NCBI RefSeq assembly: GCF_002113885.1
Contig: NW_018404492.1
Coordinates: forward strand, 2,588,506 to 2,652,505
Reading direction: 5' to 3'
DNA length: 64,000 nt
From: Mizuhopecten yessoensis
Lineage: Eukaryota
In this document: one piece after another, positions 1-10,200 of the stretch
How the letters are laid out: each line of letters begins with the position of its first letter
Position numbering within the stretch: the stretch's first letter is position 1
The notes under the pieces: model-generated
What the model was told of the DNA's origin: nothing
Seen by the model: only the letters and a program-made list of their open reading frames with translations
Database searches by the model: none
Position numbers and translations under genes: made by a program

Positions 1-77
1 CCGGGGATTGACTGGCAGTGCGGGAGCAGTGGGTGTCACTGGCGTTACGGGAGCGGATGGTATCACCGGCAGTACGG
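1..77 (+). CDS. Gene 1 exon (partial): collagen-like Gly-X-Y repeat
   Basis: Frame from nt 2 reads R-GLT-GSA-GAV-GVT-GVT-GAD-GIT-GST-G; donor G|GTAGGT at 78. Confidence 0.75.
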
Positions 78-3000
78 GTAGGTTTTTTTTAGGACAGAAA
101 ACAAGCAATCAATGTTTTTTCTAGTAAAAGTAGAAGTTAATTGATCTCTTTTTTCCCTTTTTTATTCCGATGTGTTTCAACTATCTAGTCCGATGCAAAA
201 TCTTAATCACATTTATTGTTAAACGTTCATAAGCATGTTTTAAATTCCTAGCCCTGTTGTTAATACTTTCAGGTAAATGCAATTTTAGCCCACCATCATC
301 AGATGGTTTGATTGTGTAAATCATCATTTTTCAGTGTTCCGTCCGTTTGTTATCCTGTCCGTCCTTAAACAGATCTTGCTATTTTTCAGATAATGCTGGA
401 GGCATACATGTCAAATTTCCATACGTCTGTTATCCCGTTCGTCCTTAAACATGTGTTACTATTTCTCAGATAATACTGGAGGCATACATGTCAACTTTCA
501 GTCCGTCTGGCCTTAAACATGTCTTGCTATATGTCAATTTCTCGTCCGTTTGGCAATCCGTCCGTCTGTCTTTAAACATATCTTGCTATATCTCAGACAG
601 CAATGGAGGAATATATGTCGACTTTCACATGGAAGCTTCCAATGATTCATAGATATCGAATTTTGGGACTGATCGGAAACAAAATGGCCGACAGGAGGCC
701 ATCTTGAATTTTGGGAGTTGATTTTTTTGCCACAAAATCTCAGATATTGCAGGAGTGGTCTTTTTCAAACTTCACATGTGGGCTTCCCATGATCCTTAGT
801 TTTGCAAAACCAAGATGACCGACAGGCAGTCATTTTAATTTTGATAGATAAAGGTCTTTAGCACTGTTTCTCAGAAAGAACTTTAGAGATCTTTCCTTTC
901 ACATGAAACTTTTCAATGTTCATAGTTATACATATCTACTTCTAGACTGGTTGAAAATTAAGATTGCCGCCTCGGCCATCTTGAATTTTCGTAATCGTAT
1001 GTATTACAAATGTATGTTTTCACTGTTCAGTAATTATATGGAAAGTTTAAAAATCACAAACACGTAGATCAATCCTTTAGACGCTTTATACATAACTACA
1101 CCTGGATACAAGTTATGACGTCATTAATAACAATCACAATGTATATTGTGACGTAAATGATTATATAAACAATATTTATTTTAAAACAAATATAAAACAA
1201 GTTTTCTACCTTCTTTTAATCACTATTATTTTCCCGGATGGAAAAGCGCAGAGGGTCTTCACGTGAGAGGAACCGTACTACCCGTAGAAAACCTTTTCTT
1301 TAGTTTGAAGAGAAATATATATATATATAATTTTGACAGCTCAATTTTGTTATCACTACTTCCCAAGAAGTACTAGACAGATCTTTCTCATATTTCAAAT
1401 TTAGATTCTCATTTATAACATGAAGTTCTGTGGTAGTAAATAAGTTGAACGACATCCTTGCTTTTATATTTTGGCATTTCTTAATCCTGTAAACCATTAC
1501 AGTGAAATATATTTCTCAGTCATTTGATGGGAGTCGTCCATCTATTCTGGTAATTTCACACAAACACATCAAAAACATACCATTGCTATGTGCTAGAGGT
1601 TATTGTTCTTTCTTTCATACTATCTGCCTTCTTGTTAATTTCTGCCGACGTGTTCAATAGTTTGAGAGCTCTATAGGTCGACAATTTGACGATTTTTTTT
1701 ATAAATGGTGGGTGTGGACCCCCCTTGGGGCAGAGGGCCCGGCCGAATAGGGGAAATAGAGGTAAAACCTTCAAAATCCTTCTCCTATCGTAGGGATTAA
1801 GGGCTTTTATCCTTATTTAGTCAGGAGCATCTTTGGGCCAAGGGGATTCAATTTTGTATAAACCGTGGGAATGGCCCCGTGTGGGCCTAGGGGACGGGGC
1901 CCGATAGGTGAACATAGCAAATAACTCTTTTAAAATCCTTCTACTTCTGTAGGAATGAAAGGATTTGGTATGGAGCATCCTTGGGTAAAGGGGAACCAAT
2001 TTTGTATAAACGGGGTGTGCCCACACCATGATATGACTAAAACAGCGTGCAATGATGACGGTAGAATGGGAACAGATATGCTCGCAAGATGTGACTAAGG
2101 GCGACATGCGATTGGCGCTTGAATGTTACGTACAGTGTATCTTACACGGTGAAGATATATTTATACTAATGTCGACCATTTCTGTTTACAGGAAGCACAG
2201 GACCAGTTTCTACGTGTAAGTACTTTTATATAATCACAACTACATATATATAATGGTTATTACTGTGTGCTATCAGGACATACAAGTATCAAAATGTTTT
2301 TTTCGAATAAGATGTATCTATACATTTACTAATAAATGTACTTATGAAAGAAATTGCACACGTACACGTGTTGGTCTCGTGTCTGTAGTTGCTGACGCCT
2401 GTACGGACGGGACCAATGGCGGCTGTGCGCACGTCTGTGTGGACACAAGGAATGGTGCCTACGTGTGTCTCTGTAACAGCGGGTACGGACTGGACTCGGA
2501 CGGACACAACTGTACGGACATCGATGAGTGTACGGAGTACGGACCGTGTGAACAAACCTGTACAAACACAGTGGGCAGTTTCGAGTGTAGCTGTCGAGCT
2601 GGGTTCACACTGGACAATGTTACCAACAGCACGTGTAACGGTAAGGCGCAAAACAAACGTGTCGATGTATGACAGACATTTTACACTTGTCAAGATCAGG
2701 AACATACTCTACACGTGTCATGATAACACGTATCATAATAAGGCACACACTCTACGCGTGTCAAGATAAGACACGCATTTTACACGAGTCATTGTAAGAC
2801 ACCTTTGGTTTAAACTTGTTTTATTCATTTTTTTTGACAATACATTGAAATACAAATTGTACATTTTATACAACAGTAAAGAAAAACAAAACACTCTACG
2901 CGTGTGAAGGTAATATAAATACTTGACACGTTTGAAGGTAAGGCAAACACTATGCGTATCAAGATAAGACACGCTCTCTACACTTGTCAAGGTAAGGCAC

Positions 3001-4451
3001 ACGATTTACACGTGTCAAAGTAAGATACACTACACGTGTCAAGATAAGGTACATGCTTTACACGATTTAAGGAAAGGCACACGCTTAACACTTGTCAGGA
3101 TAAGACACGCAAGCAACACGTGGTTTTATAAACAATACACTCCATATGTGTAGCTGTTTTAAAAACACACCCCAAACACGTCAATCAATTAGCATTCATT
3201 CAACTCATGTAGCAATGAATACGAGCAACTTAACACACATGATAAATATGACGTCAATAACGAAAACACAATACGTGTAGTGTTAAGAAACACACTTGAA
3301 GCATTGCTCGTTTAAAAGAGGAAAAGTGCGATACTTTCTCGTGTTAATTATTGTGTTGTAGATGTTGACGAGTGTACTAACACCAGCCTGTGTACTGGAC
3401 AGACATGTGTCAACTCCTACGGGAGCTACCACTGTGTGACTTCTGCGTCGGGGATGGCTCCGGACATCCCTGGGGATGAGGAGGAGAAGTTAGGGGAGTC
3501 AATTTTACAAACATGTAAGTAGACAGATGATTTTTCAAGTTTTAATTCCTAAGACCATATATACAGTTGCATGGGTGACTACCAGGTTACTTCAACCCAT
3601 GTTCAATCACCGTTACAAAATGATTCCCGCACACGATGCTCTCTCTCTCTCTGTTTCTTTCTCACTTCTTCACCTATGTATATTTCTTTTACCTGTGATT
3701 TGATACTTTGATACTCCTCTACAGCTCCATATGCTAGCATCCATCCAACGTTCGCGTTTATAAGGGGAACCAGTCTCTGTACTGTACTTTATGAAGAGTG
3801 TTTCTACATTATACAATTAGTATATGCTTGCAGCGTGCTTAAGTTTCATTAGAATGCCTATGCATAGTTCTTTTGTTATCTGGTTCATTTGCAGCTCGAT
3901 CGTTTGAATTTATATTGTTTGATGATGAAAGTTAATGCTGAACTTAATGTCATAAGAAAGAGTATTCCAATACTATAAAGCACTATATGCGGTCCTTTAA
4001 ATTATGTGACGTTCTCACCTAAAAGTACATATCTTTATATTACATATTCCAGCTGTTGACGCATGCTCAGACGGCACCAATGGTGGATGTGAACACGTGT
4101 GTGTGACCAACAAGAATGGCGACTACTACTGTTTGTGTCACGATGGTTACAAACTGGACATAAGAGGACACAACTGTACGGACGTGGACGATTGTACGGA
4201 GTACGGACCATGTGACCAGACGTGTATCAACTTCCCCGGGACGTACACGTGCGGCTGTCGGGAGGGGTACATACTGGACATAGACAACTTCACGTGTAAC
4301 GGTACCAAACAGGAAAATTTGTTTCGTTTCATATACATTAGTGTGTTTAATAACTTGTCCAAAAAATGCATGTAAAAGTCGTTCTGTTCCATGATCAAGG
4401 TGTTTTCCACCGTCGTCCCCGATATTTGCGATACTCCCATGAGTTGTTTAN

Positions 4452-4493
<42 letters not shown>

Positions 4494-7400
4494 CATTGAT
4501 TGACTAATATCTAACAAACGAAACGCGATGTACAATGTCATGAATCGTGAGAAGGTTGAGTCTTTATATAGAATACATAAAGGATCCCATTACTTATAAT
4601 AAAGTCATCATCTTGCAAAAGCAAAATTTTGTTTTTTACTGACATTAAGTTCTTTGTTGATGATATAAATCGCGTATTATATGCCTATGGCGCATTGGAA
4701 AAGATAATTCCTGTATTATAAATTGTACAATGTATTCATACATTTATATATTATAAACAGCATTTGTACTTTATGAAGAGTGTTTCTACATTATAAAAAT
4801 TAGGTCCATGCTTGTAGCGTGCTTAGGTTTCATTAGAATGCTTATGTATAGTTCTTTCGGCGTTTGTTCATTTGCAGCTCGATCGGTTGAATAAATATTT
4901 TTTTCGATGAAAATGTATAATGCTGAACTTAATGTCTTCAGAAACACTATTCCTATATTATAAAGCACCATATGCGGCCCTTTAAATTGTGTGACGTACT
5001 CACCTACAAGTACATATCTTTATATTTCTTATTCCAGCTGTTGACGCGTGCTCAGACGGCACCAATAGCGGGTGTGAACACGTGTGTGTGACCAACAAGA
5101 ATGGCGCCTACGACTGTTTGTGTCACGATGGTTACAAACTGGACATAAGAGGACACAACTGTACAGACGTGGACGAGTGTACGGAGTACGGACCATGTGA
5201 CCAGACGTGTATCAACTCCCCCGGGACATACACGTGCGGCTGTCGGGAGGGGTACATACTGGACAAAGACAACTTCACGTGTAACGGTACCAAACAAGAA
5301 AATTTGTTTCGTTTAATACGCATAAGTGCGTTTAATAACTTGTCCAAAAAAGGCATGTAGTCGTTCTGTTCCATGATCAAGGTGTTTTCCACCGTCGTCC
5401 CCGATATTTGCGATACTCCCATGAGTTGTTTACAGGGGCGACAAGGAGCCCTGGGGGAGTCATTGATTGACTAATATCTAACAAACGAAACACTATGTAC
5501 ACTGTAATGAATCGTGAGAAGGTTGAGTCTTTATATAGAATACATAAAGGATCCCATTACTTATATATATTAAAGTCATCATCTTCCAAAAGCAAAATTT
5601 TGTTTTTTTACTGACACAAAGTTCTTTGTTGATGATATAAATCACGTATTATATGCCTATGGCGTATTGGAAAAAAGAATTCCTGAATTATAAATTGTTA
5701 TAAACAGCATTTGTACTTTATGTAGAGTGTTTCTACATTATAAAAATAAGGTCCATGCTTGCAGCGTGCTTAAGTTTCATTGGAATGCCTATGTATAGTC
5801 CTTTTGTTATCTGGTTCATTTGCAGCTCAATCGTTTACATTTATATTGTTTGATGATGAAAATGCAATACACTATTCCTATATTACATATCTTTGTATTA
5901 CTTATTCCAACTTATTCCAGCTGTTGACGCATGCTCAGACGGCACCAATGGCGGGTGTGAACATGTTTGTGCTACCACAAGAAATGGCGACTACTACTGT
6001 TTGTGTCACGATGGCTACAAACTAGACATAAAAGGACACAACTGTACAGACGTGGACGAGTGTACGGAGTACGGACCATGTGACCAGACGTGTATCAACT
6101 TCCCCGGGACGTACACGTGCGGCTGTCGGGAGGGGTACATACTGGACATAGACAACTTCACGTGTAACGGTACCAAACAAGATTTTTTTTTTACTTTGAT
6201 ATACATTAGTGTATTTAATAACATGTCCCAAAAAGGCATGTAAAAGTCGTTCTGTTCCATGATAAGGTGTTTTCCACCGTCGTCCCCGATATTTGCGATA
6301 CTCCCATGAGTTGTTTACAGGGGTGACAAGGAGCCCTGGGGGAGTCATTGATTGACTAATATCTAACAAACGAAACACTATGTACATTGTCATGATTCGT
6401 GAGAAGGTTGAGTCTTTATATAGAATACATAAAGGATCCCATTACTTATATATATTAAAGTCATCATCTTGCAAAAGCAAAATTTTGTTTTTTTACTGAC
6501 ACAAAGTTCTTTGTTGATGATATAAATCAGGTATTATATGCCTATGGCGTATTGGAAAAAAGAATTCCTGAATTATAAATTGTTATAAACAGCATTTGTA
6601 CTTTATGGAGAGTGTTTCTACATTATAAAAATAAGGTCCATGCTTGCAGCGTGCTTAAGTTTCATTGGAATGCCTATGTATAGTCCTTTTGTTATCTGGT
6701 TCATTTGCAGCTCAATCGTTTACATTTATATTGTTTGATGATGAAAATGCAATACACTATTTCTATATTATAAAGCACCTTATGCGTTCCTTTAAATTGT
6801 GTGACGTTCTCACCTACAAGTACATATCTTTGTATTACTTATTCCAACTTATTCCAGCTGTTGACGCATGCTCAGACGGCACCAATGGCGGATGTAAACA
6901 TGTTTGTGCTACCACAAGAAATGGCGACTACTACTGTTTGTGTCACGATGGCTACAAACTAGACATAAAAGGACACAACTGTACGGACGTGGACGAGTGT
7001 ACGGAGTACGGACCATGTGACCAGACGTGTATCAACACTCCCGGGACGTACACGTGCGGCTGTCACTCCGGGTTTATGTTGGATACGGATAATACGACAT
7101 GTCAGGGTACGAACATCTATATTAGACTTCAGATAAAGTCAATAAACTAGCGGTTAACGAATAATGATCAAAACTGGGCAGAGCTAAAATGAACTAAAAA
7201 CATCCTGGTACCCGGTACATTTATATGCCTTTTTCTGGTCATCGTTTATGCTAGCCATCGGATTTGTTTTCTTTGTTGTCAGCAATCTCTTGCTATTGAT
7301 TAATTAAGTTCGGCCTAAAATGCTTTTATTAACGCAATGATCTTACAATTAAGACACAGGAAGCTTTCTAATACTTATGTGTTTCAACTCCAGCCAAAAA

Positions 7401-8821
7401 AAAAAAACACCTCAGAAGAATGTATGCAATAATACAGGTGAAATATTTGCATACAATCCCATGGGATGGTATTTTCTTGCACACAATCGTTGGAGTGGAA
7501 GTTGCCCTGGTGTTGATCTAAACCCTTTCAACGCATAACAAGACTCACAGATCTCAATGTCCGTGTCTATGTACAAACTTACGAACAGTGCCTCATAGTC
7601 TGTGATACTAACCTCAAGTTCGGTACCTAGATCTGCTCTGTTTCTTATATCTCTCTTCTTATAGGTGTATCAATATATTATGATGAGTTGATGTAAATAC
7701 CGTCGTTGTCTTCCAGATGTAAACGAGTGTGACAACTCTACCACGTGTCCAGAACCGGAAGTGGGCGTGTCTGTATGTATAAACACTCATGGATCTTACT
7801 ATTGTCTGACATTCAACGAGAGGACATCGGTGGTACATGAGGAACAACTCCTGTCAGACCAAAGTGATGACCAATCATCGCTTTATGACCACGAGGCATT
7901 ACCACTACAGGAAGGTAGATATTGAGAAATATCATTTGATATCATCTTCAGTTTGGCCGGCTTCATCTTTCTTATCATTATTAGTATCATTAATTTTAGA
8001 CTTTTGCCGCAATTACAAAACATCACTCATGATTGTAACTTACCTGCAATATTTTATGTTCACTATCTTGAAAAACGATCGAGTTCCGATTAAACCCGAC
8101 GATAGAGAGGACCTTGTCAGTATAGACCCTGTAGCAGCCTCCTCGTGTCCAGTATTTTTTCCCCAGTAAAACGGGGAGGGTCCTATTGTTTCCAGCACAT
8201 GTTAATGATCTAGCGATTCTTGACTAGCTCATTGAGCAAACCTTTGTTGAAAGCCCGTGTATAATACGAATTATGAAAACAAATATCCATATGACGTGAG
8301 CCTAGTTATGCCTCTTAATTAGTGTTGAGTTTGAAATAAACTTCATATGATATACAGATATGGGTTTGTGTGAATTATAATACAACCTCCATATAGTTGC
8401 GTAAACCTATACCAAGCTTTAATTTAGAATATATCTTAACTTCGCGCAATTTCTTCTATAATGACATCAGGCCAATCACAATCAAGTTAGATGTTATATC
8501 ATAATTGACATTTAACTGAAATATAAAAAAAAATGAACAAGCAAACAATAAACATATACCAACTTATGTACTGTTACAGATTACCTAGATGATTCACATC
8601 ATAGAAATGGAGATCAAATACTCGAAGAGGCAACGACTGTGCCAGATGAATCGATGAAATCCCCCGAATCTCCGACTTACGGTAACCTTACACTGGGGGT
8701 TGGTTTCCTGGCCGGGGCGTTGTGTGTTGTGTTAGTGGGTAGCGTCGTCTTTGTGATCCGTAAACATCGCCGTGCACTTTGTTGGAGACGTGTAGAGGAA
8801 AACAACGTATTGCAAGCATGA
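1..8821 (+). CDS. Gene 1 (5'-partial, 10 exons in window): type I membrane protein with Gly-X-Thr collagen-like repeat, tandem EGF/calcium-binding EGF domains, TM helix and short cytoplasmic tail
   Basis: Exons <1-77, 2192-2215, 2389-2640, 3362-3514, 4053-4301, 5038-5286, 5921-6169, 6858-7106, 7717-7914, 8580-8821. All introns are GT..AG and phase 1; the joined frame is open to TGA at 8819-8821. Confidence 0.85.
283..1000 (+). mobile_element. Non-autonomous MITE/Helentron-associated (HINE)-like repeat
   Basis: Begins ttttagccc + hairpin accatc-atca-gatggt, then ccgtccgt motifs and internal ~135-bp repeats (aaatggccgacaggaggccatcttgaatttt). Family assignment is inference. Confidence 0.5.
1680..2030 (+). 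mobile_element. Fragment of dispersed repeat family also seen at 29570-30540 and 63754-64000
   Basis: Shared motifs ggggcagaggg, aaaatccttct, gagcatccttggg, aattttgtataaa. Confidence 0.5.
2192..2215 (+). CDS. Gene 1 24-nt microexon ending the Gly-X-Y tract (GST-GPV-ST)
   Basis: Acceptor tttctgtttacag, donor GTAAGT, phase 1-1; continues the Gly-X-Y register. Confidence 0.7.
2389..2640 (+). CDS. Gene 1 exon: EGF + calcium-binding EGF pair
   Basis: ADACTDGTNGGCAHVC...DGHNCT-DIDECTEYGPCEQTCTNTVGSFECSC...TCN, two 6-Cys domains; tgtag acceptor, GTAAGG donor. Confidence 0.9.
2625..3125 (+). repeat. Degenerate ~26-bp repeats derived from the exon 2389-2640 donor junction
   Basis: acacgtgtcaag(g/a)taaggcacac-like units resembling acgtgtaacg|gtaaggcgca. 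Confidence 0.65.
3362..3514 (+). CDS. Gene 1 exon: truncated (4-Cys) cbEGF + acidic linker
   Basis: DVDECTNTSLCTGQTCVNSYGSYHCVTSASGMAPDIPGDEEEKLGESILQT; ttgtag acceptor, GTAAGT donor; not in ORF track. Confidence 0.85.
4053..4301 (+). CDS. Gene 1 duplicated EGF-pair exon, copy 1
   Basis: 249 nt, ttccag acceptor, GTACCA donor; VDACSDGTNGGCEHVC...DVDDCTEYGPCDQTC...TCN. Confidence 0.85.
5038..5286 (+). CDS. Gene 1 duplicated EGF-pair exon, copy 2
   Basis: 249 nt, same boundaries as copy 1, all 12 Cys retained. Confidence 0.85.
5921..6169 (+). CDS. Gene 1 duplicated EGF-pair exon, copy 3
   Basis: 249 nt, same boundaries, all 12 Cys retained. Confidence 0.85.
6858..7106 (+). CDS. Gene 1 duplicated EGF-pair exon, copy 4
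   Basis: 249 nt; divergent 3' end (CGCHSGFMLDTDNTTCQ), donor GTACGA. Confidence 0.85.
7717..7914 (+). CDS. Gene 1 exon: second truncated (4-Cys) cbEGF + acidic stalk
   Basis: DVNECDNSTTCPEPEVGVSVCINTHGSYYCLTFNERTSVVHEEQLLSDQSDDQSSLYDHEALPLQE; ttccag acceptor, GTAGAT donor. Confidence 0.85.
8580..8821 (+). CDS. Gene 1 last coding exon: stalk, transmembrane helix, basic stop-transfer, short tail
   Basis: ttacag acceptor; ...LTLGVGFLAGALCVVLVGSVVFVI-RKHRRALCWRRVEENNVLQA*. Confidence 0.85.
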
Positions 8822-9777
8822 CGTATTGGACAAGGGAGCATCATCATACGATTGTCCACATGGAGTGAGCGGAATACCACACTTCCGGTCATATATAGCC
8901 ATCTGATATTGGTATACATGAATTGCCGACGTTGTAAGCAGACGTTCACATTGCATTTCAGTGGATACATTGTAGAAACATATACACATGAAATGATTAC
9001 GCCACAAAGGACACTACACGTCCGTTCAACTGCTACTGTATTCCACTGGAAACTCCGACATTATCTGAGGTAGTGGATACTCCCGTGATTATCACCAAAA
9101 AAACTTGACATCATTTTATTGATAAGCAATGGATTATCTGCCTTCTATTTTATCCCCATGATGCTCCTGTATTGCATTGTTTTTACCTGTCCACAGCGAC
9201 CTTCAACGTCAAAGATACGTCACGTGGTCATGCTTGACAATATCTGTTCTAAAGATAATTTTTATCAACTGAAAATGCATGCTTTTGTACTTCCACATTG
9301 GTGTAATCTATGTCGTTGTTATGTGACATTGAGTGGTCATCCAACCATGTCCATGTCTCAGTGCTGATGTGTACTGTACTCTAAGTCTTTATACTTGATA
9401 TTCATTCTTACAATTAATTGTCTGTATGTTAGTTATCATTCAGTTAACCTTGTTACACGAGTTCTACATGTTGTTTTCCTTCCATCTTGTTTTTTTTTTT
9501 ATATAATACTGTATTATTATTATCATTTTTCTTGTATCATTATCAGTGTGTCTTTTGTTGATTCATAAAATTTTAACGTGGTTTTTTGTATGTTTACAGA
9601 CGTGATCGACCTTTAGCACTGCCCGTCACTTACATCGTAAATTACGTCAAATGATATATGTGACGTCTTCGCTGATTATTTCATGCTAAGACTTCAGTAA
9701 ATATTGTATAAAACAGACAGTAATAGTCGTAAGGACCAGTCAGTAACAGTGGTAGAATCAGTATAAGACGAAAAGAG

Positions 9778-10200
9778 ACGTCAATACAAGTCGTAGAGAG
9801 ACTTCAGTACAAGTCGTAGAGATACTTCAGTACAAGTCGTAGAGTGACGTCAGTACAAGTCATAGAGTGACGTCAGTACAAGTCGTAGAGAAATGTCAGT
9901 ACAAGTCATAGAGAGACTTCAGTACAAGTCGTAGAGTGACGTCAGTACAACTCATAGAGTGACGTCAGTACAAGTCATAGAGTGACGTCAGTACAAGTCA
10001 TAGAGAGATGTCAGTACAAGTCATAGAATGACGTCAGTACAAGTCGTAGAGTGACGTCAGTACAAGTTATAGAGTGACGTCAGTACAAGTCATAGAGAGA
10101 TGTCAGTACAAGTCATAGAATGACGTCAGTACAAGTCGTAGAATGACGTCAGTACAAGTCCTAGATTGACGGCATTATCAGTCGTAGAGGGACGTCAGTG
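9778..10200. repeat. 23-bp minisatellite (~18 copies) containing TGACGTCA
   Basis: Unit cagtacaagtc(a/g)tagagtgacgt. Confidence 0.95.

Larger units (their letters stand above)
3783..7060 (+). repeat. Four-copy tandem duplication of a ~0.9-1.0 kb intron+exon unit
   Basis: Intron anchor tgtactttatg(a/t/g)agagtgtttctacattat recurs near 3783, 4765, 5712, 6597; exon starts are 985, 883 and 937 bp apart. Confidence 0.95.

Noticed and set aside
4451-4492. Poly-G tract as a G-quadruplex element (also 29732-29758)
   Set aside because: Each begins with an N, and the paralogous intron copies have caggggcgacaaggagccctggggga at this position, so length and content are unreliable and probably an assembly artefact.
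2289-6393. Minus-strand and alternate-frame ORFs overlapping the EGF exons
   Set aside because: Shadow frames of Cys-rich coding exons, repeated only because the exons are duplicated.
1-8821. Naming gene 1 as fibrillin, LRP, matrilin or CCBE1
   Set aside because: No TB, LDLa, YWTD or vWA domains are visible, and domain order plus the TM helix do not match CCBE1.
9778-10200. CRISPR-like appearance of regular short repeats (also 49835-52071 and 60958-61471)
   Set aside because: Head-to-tail units without unique spacers, no cas genes, eukaryotic context.
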